Below, piece by piece: positions 1 to 9,690 of a stretch of DNA of 64,000 bases; the first letter of the stretch is position 1, and each line of letters starts with the position of its first letter. Below the pieces are notes generated by a model. It worked only from the letters and a program-made list of their open reading frames with translations, was not told where the DNA came from and searched no databases. The position numbers were made by a program, and so were the translations under genes. The stretch is from a virus. The stretch lies in the IMG/VR virus record IMGVR_UViG_3300045988_182866; one strand, 5' to 3'.

Positions 1-234
1 TCCGATTACGAGCATGGAGATGAAGTAAAACTAAAATCGTCTAAAAAGACGAGAACGTATCATCTATGAAATGCTTAAAAGAAGGCGGTTTTACCGCCGA
101 AGCTACTCAATCTTCAGCTGAGTAGAGGTTCACAACCCTGGTAAACTGATAGAGAATAGTCATACCTATCAGGACCATGCTTTTTTATGGCTTTTTCAAT
201 AAACTTTTCAGTTGTAAACTTTACCATAAATAAA

Positions 235-273
235 AAATCGCATATATGCCATTATTTGACATATATGCGATTT
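235..273 (-). terminator. hairpin terminator downstream of rIIB-like gene (14-bp perfect stem aaatcgcatatatg / catatatgcgattt, 11-nt loop, U-run on minus strand)
   Basis: Perfect inverted repeat read directly; A-run on the plus side gives a U-tail for the minus-strand transcript; lies just 3' of the minus-strand stop at 285. Confidence 0.5.
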
Positions 274-284
274 TTGCTTAAAAA

Positions 285-1445
285 TTAAAGAGTTACAATA
301 AACCGGCTAATTGAGCCTGGAGCTGTAGACACCGAATATCCTAAACGTAGGACCAAAGCCAGCATGGTAGCTCGAGAGATCTTATTCTTTCGACCAACAC
401 TGCCGCAAAGCTGGGCAATATTAGTTCCTTGAATTATAGTGGGTCCTCCCAGAAAAACTGGAGACAGAGTACCGTCTTCCCTATTAACAAAATGATTCTG
501 AATATTTCGTTCAATAGCTTCCCGAGTCTTGGAAATGTTGGCAGGGCTGCACATTTCATCAATTATTCCCCGATCAGAAGCTTCAACATTAACCGGAGTA
601 CGATCCTTGGAACATTCCTTAACGTCAATGCCATCAACTTCTACATCAGGAGAAGTATAAGCTTCCTTAATTTCATTAAGAACTTTATATTTACTTACAC
701 GGCATTTTTGACATTCACAATCAGTAGGAACTGAAACAACATCTTGAGGATTAACTTCTACCGCAACTACGCGCTTTCCAAAACCCTTAGCATAATCATA
801 AGATCCAACATGCAATCCGGCACTACACCAGTTATTTCGATTTGCATCAACATCTGCAACTACTACTTCAATGACATCGCCGGGATTATTTCGAATTTGG
901 TAATGCCCGTTTACTTTACCTTGAAGCACTCTGGTTTCGGCATTACCATGAAGCGAATACATATCTTCTCCAACACCCTTATAGGCAATAAAGGTACCTT
1001 CGGAAGTAATAGGCAATTCCTGATAAGAAAGGAAGTCATAAAGCTCTTCTCTAGAAGTTTCGGAAGGATTAGCCATCAAGTTATCAATAAACTTAAAGTA
1101 ATGGGTAAAATCAGTACAACCAGACTTCCAAAGAGAAATAAGCTTTTTTTGAAGACATTTGGGAAGAATCTGAGTCTTATAAGAAGCAATAGTAGTAATT
1201 ACACCATTTTCATCTCGTTCAACAAATTGGAGATTATCGTAATCTTTAATTGTTTCAGAAACGGAATTAATGATATAAGAAGTGGTATTTTCCTTAAGAA
1301 GCCTGAGAAGAGTTTTTTCATCATTGGCCATTACCGCATCGACAATATCAGTATAGCGAACATCATCGGGAGTAATCTTAACTGCTCGACCATCAACAAA
1401 GAAGGTCCAGCCTGAGGCATTCATAATATATGGAATAGAATTCAT
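285..1445 (-). CDS. rIIB: rIIB-like protein (lysis-inhibition / membrane integrity protector)
   Basis: 386 aa. C-terminal half aligns by eye with T4 rIIB (FKFIDNLMANPSETSREELYDFLSYQELPITSEGTFIAYKGV vs T4 FPFLENLLENPSQKAVSRLFDFLVANDIEITEDGYFYAWKVV; CSAGLHVGSYDYAKGFGKRVVAVEVNPQDVVSVPTD vs CSRGLHVCSKSYIRHFGSSTDRVVKVKVHPRDVVSIPID). Sits immediately downstream of the rIIA-like gene on the same strand, as in T4. Confidence 0.8.
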   Translation of the reverse strand: MNSIPYIMNASGWTFFVDGRAVKITPDDVRYTDIVDAVMANDEKTLLRLLKENTTSYIINSVSETIKDYDNLQFVERDENGVITTIASYKTQILPKCLQKKLISLWKSGCTDFTHYFKFIDNLMANPSETSREELYDFLSYQELPITSEGTFIAYKGVGEDMYSLHGNAETRVLQGKVNGHYQIRNNPGDVIEVVVADVDANRNNWCSAGLHVGSYDYAKGFGKRVVAVEVNPQDVVSVPTDCECQKCRVSKYKVLNEIKEAYTSPDVEVDGIDVKECSKDRTPVNVEASDRGIIDEMCSPANISKTREAIERNIQNHFVNREDGTLSPVFLGGPTIIQGTNIAQLCGSVGRKNKISRATMLALVLRLGYSVSTAPGSISRFIVTL

Positions 1446-1456
1446 ATTTTGTTTAA

Positions 1457-3805
1457 TTAATATAGTTTATAGTTGAGTTTTTTGAGAATTCGCTTAAAGG
1501 TTAATTTAACTTTATCTTTTGTTTGAAATCCTGCACCATTTAAAACCGCTTGTATTTTTTCTTTTACAGAAGAAGTCATAATATAGGTTGAAATATTATC
1601 CAAACAAACTGATGACATAGTATAAAAGAAATTCAATATTTCTTTATCTGAAAGCTTTTTAATTTCAGCATCAAACTCTCTTTGAATATTATAACATTGA
1701 ATTGAAAGATCAAATATATCCATTATGAATCGGTTAAATCCTCCTCTATAAAGATTAATTTCATATCTTGTAGAGATAACCGGATAATCAGGAGTCGATG
1801 CAGAAATTTTTGGAGCTGTATATCCTGTTACAGATTTAAAATCAATATCATAAATCCTGCAGATATTAATGATTTGATCTGGAAGATAAACGAGTTTATG
1901 CTTTTTACAATATTCAATATAGGTTTCTTTCCATTTAATTTCTATAGCTGAAATGCACCCGAGAGAAACAAATTTATCGTAATGGTTTTTATAAAGCTTT
2001 GCTATTCGTTTAATGCCAAAATCTGTACAAAGATGAGACTGATAAAGCTGCGTCGGACTATTATAATTAACGAAATTTGTACAAAAGGCCAAATAAGAAT
2101 TAAGGTAGTTATCATTATTCATGCGCATTGAAGGATAAAATACTAACGTATTTTTGTATTCTTTCTCATCAATAATTTCACCGGTATAATAATCCCGGAG
2201 AACTACCGCTTCACCATCTGAAGACTTTATTCTTTTAGGCCTGACATATGTTGAATGCTTAACAATATCAGAATAATTAAACCAATCGATATTTTGCCTA
2301 AAGCACGGCTTGTCGTTAAAAGTAAAGGCCGTCCTTAAATTAAGGAAATTTGCTTTTTCTTCTTCATCTTTAACAAAACAAAAAATATGAGTTCTTCGAA
2401 GATCAAAGACTTCTGCTCGATAATCATTCCCCCTAAGGTGAACAAGATAATTATAAAGGGCATTAATTATTTCACCATAAGGAAGCTTGATAGGATCTTT
2501 ATCTTGAACGATAAAGATTATTTCACCGTCAAACTTCTTAATGGTCGGATTTGAATAAAGGCTTTTCGTTTTAAGATTAATATTAGTAATATTGCCTGAA
2601 CCTGCATAATAATTTTTTGCAACTGAGCAAACAGTATTCAAATAGCAATCCGGCCATTTAATAATTGAACTATTTCGATAAAATAAAGTACTTTTTGAGT
2701 TAGCTTTATTGATAATATCTGAACAAAGTAAATCACTGTCAATAAGTTTATCGACATAATCATTAATAGTCTTTTCATAATTTTTATTAATGATTTTAAA
2801 TTTACCCTTAATCCAATCATTTGTGAAATTGTTTATTTCAATCGATTCTCTGGTAGGAGAAATCGGAATTTCACCGCGTTTAAAAAATAAAAGAACGGTA
2901 CAAGCATTTTTAATGATATTATATTCATTAAAGATTTCATTAGGAATATCAATCTTGTAAATGTTATCCCCATCATAAGCATAATAATTACAGCTCTTAA
3001 AAAATGAAGAATAAAAAGTATTAGAAGACCGGTAATTCGGAATCAGCAAAACTGTATCTTTAATATAAAGAACTCGGGATTTGTCAAGAAATTCTTTATC
3101 TCGATACTTTGCAAATCTTGGGGTTTTTTCGTAAGGGACATAATTTTCCCATTTATCCTCCGGTACGTCTTCAATGTCTATTTTTTCCGGATAACTCCTA
3201 AGTTCAATGACAGGTTCATCACTATTGAAGCCAAAAGTAATATACGCATCCTTGATTAAATCAAGGAACTTGTAATAATCATCAGAATTATTAAGAGGAA
3301 TCTTTACCTCAATACCCGTATCATTCAAATCACAGGGTTCAGAATGAATCAAAGAAGCAATAGAATCATTACCATCAATGCTTGAAGAAAATGTATATTT
3401 TGTTCCTTCAAATCGAGAAATTACCAAATAAAGGCCTGTATATGCCGCAGGAGCCTTAGACCCGATTCCAAATCCTCCAATGGATGTATTTTCTTGATTC
3501 TTGGTAGATTCAAAATATTGAAAGAAAACTTGAAAAGTATCTTCTTTGCTAAGACCCCTGGCAAAATCACGAATAGAAAGTTCATTTTTTGTAAGATGAA
3601 TAGAAACAGGCCTTTTAATGCCATATTTTACATGTCCATCCAAAGCATTGCTTAACGTTTCAAAAAGTGTTGCCTTAAATTTGTCTGAATAGATCCTATC
3701 GCGCAAAATAGAAATTGCCATTCCTACGCGCTCGGCCGAGATAGACTGTTTGACCTGTTCGGCTATACCTCCGCAAATACTTTTATTCTCTTCAAAAACC
3801 TTCAT
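1457..3805 (-). CDS. rIIA: rIIA-like protein with N-terminal GHKL (Hsp90-like) ATPase fold
   Basis: 782 aa. Bergerat-fold motifs: N box ETLSNALDGH; G2 box SIGGFGIGSKAPAAYT, almost identical to T4 rIIA FIGGFGLGSKSPFSYT. Size and rIIA-rIIB gene order match T4. Confidence 0.8.
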   Translation of the reverse strand: MKVFEENKSICGGIAEQVKQSISAERVGMAISILRDRIYSDKFKATLFETLSNALDGHVKYGIKRPVSIHLTKNELSIRDFARGLSKEDTFQVFFQYFESTKNQENTSIGGFGIGSKAPAAYTGLYLVISRFEGTKYTFSSSIDGNDSIASLIHSEPCDLNDTGIEVKIPLNNSDDYYKFLDLIKDAYITFGFNSDEPVIELRSYPEKIDIEDVPEDKWENYVPYEKTPRFAKYRDKEFLDKSRVLYIKDTVLLIPNYRSSNTFYSSFFKSCNYYAYDGDNIYKIDIPNEIFNEYNIIKNACTVLLFFKRGEIPISPTRESIEINNFTNDWIKGKFKIINKNYEKTINDYVDKLIDSDLLCSDIINKANSKSTLFYRNSSIIKWPDCYLNTVCSVAKNYYAGSGNITNINLKTKSLYSNPTIKKFDGEIIFIVQDKDPIKLPYGEIINALYNYLVHLRGNDYRAEVFDLRRTHIFCFVKDEEEKANFLNLRTAFTFNDKPCFRQNIDWFNYSDIVKHSTYVRPKRIKSSDGEAVVLRDYYTGEIIDEKEYKNTLVFYPSMRMNNDNYLNSYLAFCTNFVNYNSPTQLYQSHLCTDFGIKRIAKLYKNHYDKFVSLGCISAIEIKWKETYIEYCKKHKLVYLPDQIINICRIYDIDFKSVTGYTAPKISASTPDYPVISTRYEINLYRGGFNRFIMDIFDLSIQCYNIQREFDAEIKKLSDKEILNFFYTMSSVCLDNISTYIMTSSVKEKIQAVLNGAGFQTKDKVKLTFKRILKKLNYKLY

Positions 3806-3829
3806 GCTTAAATTACAATAACAAAATTA

Positions 3830-4735
3830 CTATAATTTTTCTCTAATTTTCTGGAGGTGTTCAGATATTTCTTTTTTAATGGTTTCTGCATTAGTTTTCC
3901 ATTGGCTGTCCCAAACTTCAATTAAAGTGATTCTGGCATCTTTACAAAGTTGCCTTTTATTTTCATGATAGCCAGGTTCTTTTTCTTCATGTATTTTATG
4001 CCAGTATTCGCCATTATATTCAAGGGCAAGTTTTAATTCAGGAAGATAAATATCCAATTCTTTTCGACCAATAAATTTTCTTGTATTTTCGAGAATTTCT
4101 CCAGGATAAATTGATTTGATAAAATCGCATAACTCCTTTTCACCCTTAGATTTCTTTTCATGAAGGGCACATTTTAAACATCCCCGCCCAGTTAAGTGAT
4201 TATACGCCATTTGAGCAAATTTACCATGGACAGGACAAATAATAATCACATTTGTTTCTGCATTAATATAAATTGTTTTCGAATAATCGAATTTATGTCC
4301 ATGCACTTTTTGAGCACGGTTAATAAATTCTTTTGTGGTTAAACGCTCCAATCCTACGCAACTTTTGCATCCATGCCCCCTTAAATGATTGATGGGATAT
4401 TGCTGAAAAGGTCCATGAACAGGGCAAATAATAGGTACTTTTGCATGATTATTTTTATAGTTTACTTTAGAATAATCATATTTGTTCCCATGAACCTCTC
4501 TTGCTTTCTTTATAAACTTCTCAGTCGTTAAAGATTTTGCATCAACTGCACATTTAAAACATCCCTGACCTCGTAAATGGGCTCCGGCTCTTTGTTGGAA
4601 AGGTCCATGAACCGGGCAAATAACAGTTATAGAACTATAAGCATTTTTATAATTTACTTCAGAATAATCAAAAAAGTCTCCATGTATTTTTCTAGCCCTG
4701 TCAATAAAAATTTCAGTGGTTATTCTGTTGGGCAT
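3830..4735 (-). CDS. freestanding homing-endonuclease-like protein: 3 tandem zinc-ribbon repeats + C-terminal Vsr/DUF559-like PD-(D/E)xK nuclease domain (paralog 1 of 5)
   Basis: 301 aa. Repeats of HGxKYDYSKVNYKN...ICPVHGPFQQ...HLRGxGCxxC. C-terminus KELDIYLPELKLALEYNGEYWH matches the Vsr-type (I/F)xxDGxxWH core. Paralogous to 6412..7503, 24661..26190, 35717..36814 and 40559..41908. Confidence 0.55.
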   Translation of the reverse strand: MPNRITTEIFIDRARKIHGDFFDYSEVNYKNAYSSITVICPVHGPFQQRAGAHLRGQGCFKCAVDAKSLTTEKFIKKAREVHGNKYDYSKVNYKNNHAKVPIICPVHGPFQQYPINHLRGHGCKSCVGLERLTTKEFINRAQKVHGHKFDYSKTIYINAETNVIIICPVHGKFAQMAYNHLTGRGCLKCALHEKKSKGEKELCDFIKSIYPGEILENTRKFIGRKELDIYLPELKLALEYNGEYWHKIHEEKEPGYHENKRQLCKDARITLIEVWDSQWKTNAETIKKEISEHLQKIREKL

Positions 4736-4755
4736 AATAGTTTTTATTCAAAAAT

Positions 4756-4790
4756 AAAAAATCCTCAGATCAATTAAGACCTGAGGATTT
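4756..4790 (-). terminator. hairpin terminator 3' of the chaperonin gene (stem aaatcctcag / ctgaggattt, 12-nt loop, U-run on minus strand)
   Basis: 10-bp perfect inverted repeat followed (on the minus strand) by a T-rich run; lies between the chaperonin stop (4811) and the next gene's start (4735). Confidence 0.45.
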
Positions 4791-4810
4791 TCGGTTATCA
4801 TGATTACAAA

Positions 4811-6415
4811 TCACTTTTCAGATTGTTCATCAACCAAGAATGTTTCTGTTGTTAGAATCAAACCTGCCGATGCAGCGGCGTTTTCAATTGCGCAACGACA
4901 TACACTAAATGGATCAATAATTCCCGCTTCTAACATGTCTACTAACTTTTGCGTCTTAATATCAAACCCGATACTGCCTTTAGCTTTTGCAACCTTTTCG
5001 ATGATAACATCCGGTCGTTCAACTCCGGCATTCTCAAGAAGAGTCTTAAGAGGAATATCAAGAACCTTTCGCATTAAGTTAACACCGGCATTAAAAGATT
5101 CATCTCCTGTTTCAAACTTAATAGACTTGTTTTCTTTAATCTTAGCGAGAACAGATCCTCCTCCTGGAATAACTCCGGATCGTAAAGCCGCTTGACAGGC
5201 ACACACCGCATCGTCTACACGATCCTTAATTTCATTTAATTCAGATTCAGAATTACCTCCGATATTAAGAACACATACTCCTTGGGCAAGCTTGGCAATT
5301 CGCTTATTAAGCACATCTTCTTCCCAGGAACCAGGACTGCAATTATCTCGTTCCTCTTTAAGCAAATCAATATGTTCTTTAAGCCTTTGAGGATTTCCTC
5401 CGCCTTTTAAGAAAGTTGTATATCGTTTATCACAAACAATCTTTTCACAGGTGGCAAAATCTTCCTCTCTAATAGAATTAAAATCACGTGAAAGAAGTTC
5501 AGTAAAATATGTACCCCCTAAAGTAATTTCAAGATCTTCCATTTCTCTCTTCATGCCGTCTCCATATCCGGGACACTTAATGGCACAAATGTTAATAATG
5601 CCTTTAATCTTATTAATGACAAGAGTTTGAAGAACTTCGGATTCAATATCCGGAGCGATAATAAACAAAGGCCTTCCACGAAGTTCTTTAGTATTAAAGA
5701 CCTTTTGAAGAATAGGCATAATTTGTTGATTATTCGTCAATTTAATTCCGGATAAAAGAATTAAGGGATTTTCAAGAATACATTCTTGTTTAGTCGTATT
5801 ATTGACAAAATAAGAACTCATCCAGCCTCGAGGAACTCGTAAACCTGCAATAAACTGGGAAGAAGATTCATTACTCCTGCTGTCATTAATAGTAATGGAA
5901 CCATCCAAACCTACTTTTTCAACAGCTTCAGAAACAAGATGTGCAATTTCTTTATCCCAGTTGGTAGAAACTAAAGCAATTTGGTGAATCTGTTCTGGAG
6001 AACATTCCTGCTTAATATTTTCTTTAATATAGTTGGCAATTGTCTTTGCCGCTGAAATAACTCCGCGTTGAATTAAAATCGGATTATAACCTGTTTCAAT
6101 CAGCTTCATGCCTTCAGATGCAATAGCCCCAGTGAGGATTGCGCTGGTACTGGTCCCATCACCAGCCTGGTGCGCTGATTGCTCGGATGCTTGACGAATA
6201 ATATCTGCACCCATTTTTTCAAGTACATCAGGCGGATTTACATGACGAGCTACTGTAACGCCGTCTTTTGTAATATATGTCGCATTACCCATTCGATATA
6301 TTACATTTCTGCCGCCAGGCCCGAGCGTCGAAGAAACTGCATTAGCAAGTTTCTTTACACCATTAAGCAGTTTCTTCCTGCCTTCATTTCCCATATAAAT
6401 GTTTTGTTGAATCAT
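4811..6415 (-). CDS. groEL: GroEL-like group I chaperonin (Hsp60/Cpn60 family), phage-encoded
   Basis: 534 aa. Diagnostic GroEL motifs: GPGGRNVIY (GroEL GPKGRNVVL), AGDGTSTS (GroEL AGDGTTTA), and the C-terminal equatorial-domain pattern. No GroES-like co-chaperonin ORF is adjacent. Confidence 0.85.
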   Translation of the reverse strand: MIQQNIYMGNEGRKKLLNGVKKLANAVSSTLGPGGRNVIYRMGNATYITKDGVTVARHVNPPDVLEKMGADIIRQASEQSAHQAGDGTSTSAILTGAIASEGMKLIETGYNPILIQRGVISAAKTIANYIKENIKQECSPEQIHQIALVSTNWDKEIAHLVSEAVEKVGLDGSITINDSRSNESSSQFIAGLRVPRGWMSSYFVNNTTKQECILENPLILLSGIKLTNNQQIMPILQKVFNTKELRGRPLFIIAPDIESEVLQTLVINKIKGIINICAIKCPGYGDGMKREMEDLEITLGGTYFTELLSRDFNSIREEDFATCEKIVCDKRYTTFLKGGGNPQRLKEHIDLLKEERDNCSPGSWEEDVLNKRIAKLAQGVCVLNIGGNSESELNEIKDRVDDAVCACQAALRSGVIPGGGSVLAKIKENKSIKFETGDESFNAGVNLMRKVLDIPLKTLLENAGVERPDVIIEKVAKAKGSIGFDIKTQKLVDMLEAGIIDPFSVCRCAIENAAASAGLILTTETFLVDEQSEK

Positions 6416-7503
6416 GATTTACAATTATTATAGCATGTTTCTTTGATAAACTTTTTTAATTTTTCCTTATTCTTTCGCCACTGAGTATCTAAAATTTCTA
6501 TTAATTTTATACCTTTTTTCTCACAATCTTTTTTCTTTTGAACATGATAGCCTGGATATTTTTCTTCCTTTAACTTATGATGGTAATCACCGTTGCATTC
6601 AAAGGCTAGATTTAATTCAGGAAGATAAACATCAAGTTCTTTTTTTCCAATAATATCTCTTGGGTTTTCTTGAACCTCGCCTGGATAAATTGATTTAATA
6701 TATTGACAAAGTTCTATTTCACCTTTAGATCTTTTTGATGCCGCTAAGCATTTAGGGCAACCGCTTCCGCGTAGATGCGTATTGGGCAACTGTAAAAATG
6801 GGCCATGTTTTTTACAAGTTATAATAATTTTTGTTTTTGCATTTTTATAAGCTACCAAAGAATAATCATACTTGTCTCCATGAGTAGCTCTAGCTTTTTC
6901 TATAAATTCTTCAATAGTTCTCTTATTATTTCCGGCACAAAATGGGCAGCCGGAGCCTGAAAAATGCTTATCAGGGCGTTGTTCAAAAACTCCATGTATG
7001 GGACATATAATTTTTACTTTTGTTCTTTTATTTTTATAAATTACTAAAGAATAATCATATTTGGTTCCATGAACTTCAATAAATCTTTTTCTAATCTCTT
7101 CCTCAGTTAAAAACTGATTTTTAATTGCACATTTTTTACATCCTTTTCCTATTAAATGGCTTGATGGATCTTGCTTAAGGGTACAACCACATTTATTACA
7201 TTTTATGATTACCTCGGTTGTTGAATTTATATAATTAACTAAAGAATAATCATATCGGCCTTTCCCATGAATTTCTTCAGCTTTTTCTATAAATTCTTCT
7301 GTAGTCCTGTTAAATCCTTTACATTTAGGACAACCATGGCCCATTAAATGAATGTTGGGAATTTGCTCAAAGTAGCCATGTATGGGACAAAATATTTTAA
7401 TTAATGTTTTTGTGTTAAAATATACAACTTCAGAATAACCATACTTATTGCCATGTATTTCAATAGCTTTTTTAATAAACCCTTTAGTTGTTAATCTTTT
7501 CAC
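6412..7503 (-). CDS. freestanding homing-endonuclease-like protein: 4 zinc-ribbon repeats + Vsr/DUF559-like nuclease domain (paralog 2 of 5)
   Basis: 363 aa. Repeats IHGNKYGYSEVVYFN...CPIHGYFEQ...HLMGHGCPKC. C-terminus KELDVYLPELNLAFECNGDYHH. Overlaps the chaperonin start by 4 nt (ATGA). Confidence 0.55.
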   Translation of the reverse strand: MKRLTTKGFIKKAIEIHGNKYGYSEVVYFNTKTLIKIFCPIHGYFEQIPNIHLMGHGCPKCKGFNRTTEEFIEKAEEIHGKGRYDYSLVNYINSTTEVIIKCNKCGCTLKQDPSSHLIGKGCKKCAIKNQFLTEEEIRKRFIEVHGTKYDYSLVIYKNKRTKVKIICPIHGVFEQRPDKHFSGSGCPFCAGNNKRTIEEFIEKARATHGDKYDYSLVAYKNAKTKIIITCKKHGPFLQLPNTHLRGSGCPKCLAASKRSKGEIELCQYIKSIYPGEVQENPRDIIGKKELDVYLPELNLAFECNGDYHHKLKEEKYPGYHVQKKKDCEKKGIKLIEILDTQWRKNKEKLKKFIKETCYNNCKS

Positions 7504-7662
7504 GATTTTTAATCATTATAGCACGAATTAATAAATTTCTGCCCGCAATTTGAATCTAAATCTTCGAAAGATATGGAATTACCGCAAGGAGGATGCTTAT
7601 ATTGAACGGGAAAATATCCTTTCTGGCAGCAGCAAGAAGACAGAAGAAATATTACTAATAAT

Positions 7663-8085
7663 TTAACCCCAAGTGAATAATCCATAACCCCAGTACCGGC
7701 TTATATTAGGAAGAGGATTTGGTGTTTCTTCAAGGAAAATAGTCTGGCCGGGATGCCGCTTTTCATATACTTGCTTTACAAGGAAAATAATAAGAGATAT
7801 GAAAAAGTCAATTATAAAATGAACGTTATCTGTCTGTCCCTGTAAAATATTTTCGATGAGGTCAAATTTATTTTCTTTAAGATAATCAATTAGCTCAACC
7901 GGAAGAATATCATCTTCGCCAGCGGCAAAAATATTATCATCAAAATCAAACCCTAGTTCAGATTTAATGCCATCTAAACATTGTTCAAATTCTTCTTTAG
8001 TAAGATCAGTCTTTAACCATACTATATCTCTTTCATCATGTCCATCTCCGGACAAATCACCATATTCAAAACTAAAAATATTCAT
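7663..8085 (-). CDS. hypothetical protein (acidic N-terminus, hydrophobic segment)
   Basis: 140-aa ORF codirectional with its neighbours; no recognisable motif. Confidence 0.35.
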   Translation of the reverse strand: MNIFSFEYGDLSGDGHDERDIVWLKTDLTKEEFEQCLDGIKSELGFDFDDNIFAAGEDDILPVELIDYLKENKFDLIENILQGQTDNVHFIIDFFISLIIFLVKQVYEKRHPGQTIFLEETPNPLPNISRYWGYGLFTWG

Positions 8086-8145
8086 ATCAATATAAATGGA
8101 AATTCCGCCTAATATTAAATTAGGCAGAATTTCTTTATTTGTTAA

Positions 8146-9195
8146 TTAATTACCAGCAGGTTTAAAATCTGCAATATTCAGAACCTTAAACAAACCATCG
8201 TTTTGATTAGCTCCTCCCATAATCAACATTGAAGGAAGTTTAATATCTTTAAAAGATTCAAAAAACTTAATTCGTGCATAATTACTTCCCATTGCTGCAT
8301 TCAATTCTCGAATTGCTTCAGCTTCAAGCTTCTTACCTTGAGCTTCTGCGGTCTTCATAGCAAGAAGAGCTTCTGCTTCATTTTTCTTTTGAGCAAGCAT
8401 GGCCAAAGACTCTTGTTCTCGGCGATACCTTGCAGCATCAGATTCAGCCTTAGCCTGAAGAAGTTTACCTTGAGCTTCTGCAGCCATCTTATTGGCAATT
8501 GCCCGGCCTTCTGCATTAGCAATCTCTTCGGAACGCTTTGCAATTTCAAGCTGGGTAGCCTGGCGTTCATATTCCTGAGTAGCCTCAACCTTCTTAGTAA
8601 TACCAAGAGTCACCGATTCAGGTGGAATAGTGGAACCAATAGTTACACTTTCAACAATAAATGGAGTGCCATTAAGTTGCTTCTTAAGGTTAGTTTCTAC
8701 CATCTTGGTGATTTCCGGAATCCTAGAAGGAGCTTCTAGACCTTTAAACTTAGCAATAGCAGATCGTACTTCGGTACGGAAAGGTTGCTGAATAAATGAA
8801 GCGTAAGCATCTTGAGCAATAGCTTCCGGGCATCGAGCTGTTTCAGAGATAGCTCCATAATTTTCAACAAATTCCTTTACTTTTTCACTGTCGATACGAT
8901 AAACAAGATAAGATTCAGCCTTCATCTTAAGCTGGTCCGAACTACGAACATCATCAAAAGTTTCAGTCTGAGTATAAGGAGTTACGCAAATCTTAATAGA
9001 ATTCTGCCTCCATACCATACCTGTACTACCGGGTCCTTTAATTACTTGCTTAAATTCCTTCGAACCAAATATAGGTTCGGAATAAACATAACCTGCGTAA
9101 CCGCCATCGATTTTTTCATTTGAAAAATTAACGGCAAAAATAATAGCCGCAACAACGGCAATAATTAGAAATAGAGCTGCAAAAAAATCCTTCAT
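8146..9195 (-). CDS. SPFH/band-7 (stomatin/prohibitin/flotillin/HflK-C) family membrane protein
   Basis: 349 aa. N-terminal TM helix FFAALFLIIAVVAAIIFAV, then an SPFH-like core, then an Ala/Glu-rich coiled coil (EAEALLAMKTAEAQGKKLEAEAI) typical of HflK/HflC/YdjI-type proteins. Confidence 0.6.
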   Translation of the reverse strand: MKDFFAALFLIIAVVAAIIFAVNFSNEKIDGGYAGYVYSEPIFGSKEFKQVIKGPGSTGMVWRQNSIKICVTPYTQTETFDDVRSSDQLKMKAESYLVYRIDSEKVKEFVENYGAISETARCPEAIAQDAYASFIQQPFRTEVRSAIAKFKGLEAPSRIPEITKMVETNLKKQLNGTPFIVESVTIGSTIPPESVTLGITKKVEATQEYERQATQLEIAKRSEEIANAEGRAIANKMAAEAQGKLLQAKAESDAARYRREQESLAMLAQKKNEAEALLAMKTAEAQGKKLEAEAIRELNAAMGSNYARIKFFESFKDIKLPSMLIMGGANQNDGLFKVLNIADFKPAGN

Positions 9196-9237
9196 GTTTT
9201 ATTTTCTTTTTATTTTTTAATGTGACTAATATTAATG

Positions 9238-9687
9238 TTATACAGAAATATTATTAGTAACTGGAATTCCAACCACTGGAATCTTGGTCTTTAACTTAAT
9301 CTTATAATCCCCCACAACTAAATCCTTTGCCTTTATCTTAGAAATAGCATTGGAAACTGTAGTGATATTATATTTTTTACCTCGTTGAGACTTCACAACA
9401 TCGATAAGATTTCGTTCAACTGCCAACTGAACTTCTGAATCACTAAGTTCCTCAGGAGCTTGAATAATTACATAAGAACGATCTTGAAATTGTTCGACTT
9501 CTGTATCATCCAAAACAATCGGCATTACAAGAAATCGATTTTTAACTCGATTTTTCTTTTCGGTCAATTCTTTCTCTTGCTCAACAAGAGCCTTTGCTTC
9601 CTCCAGAATAATTTTTTGTTTATCCTGAGGTACTTTAGAAGCCGCAAGAATCATCTCAAGGTCTTCAATATCAATTTTTAGTGCCAT
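9238..9687 (-). CDS. hypothetical protein (between PspA-like and SPFH genes)
   Basis: 149-aa ORF codirectional in the PspA...SPFH gene string. Confidence 0.35.
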   Translation of the reverse strand: MALKIDIEDLEMILAASKVPQDKQKIILEEAKALVEQEKELTEKKNRVKNRFLVMPIVLDDTEVEQFQDRSYVIIQAPEELSDSEVQLAVERNLIDVVKSQRGKKYNITTVSNAISKIKAKDLVVGDYKIKLKTKIPVVGIPVTNNISV

Positions 9688-9690
9688 AGT

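Noticed and set aside
100-200. Possible tRNA in the 5' non-coding stretch (GGTTCACAACCC resembling a T-arm; small hairpin ctactcaatcttcagctgagtag)
   Set aside because: I could not fold a cloverleaf: no acceptor/T-stem complementarity and the T-loop consensus is not met. It is likely just terminator/leader structure. A tRNAscan run would settle it.
429-1415. Plus-strand ORFs 429..734 and 744..1415 lying antisense inside the rIIB-like gene
   Set aside because: They are low-complexity, Ile/Asn/Phe-rich translations of the AT-rich antisense strand, fully contained within a well-supported minus-strand gene; I treat them as spurious.
2638-3624. Small ORFs 2638..2820 and 3421..3624 inside rIIA; comparable nested ORFs inside the sheath gene (37633..37845, 38497..38679, 39260..39484, 39926..40123), the tape-measure-like gene (47354..47536, 47765..47974) and others
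   Set aside because: Alternate-frame ORFs of 60-75 aa within long, well-supported genes; expected by chance in AT-rich sequence.
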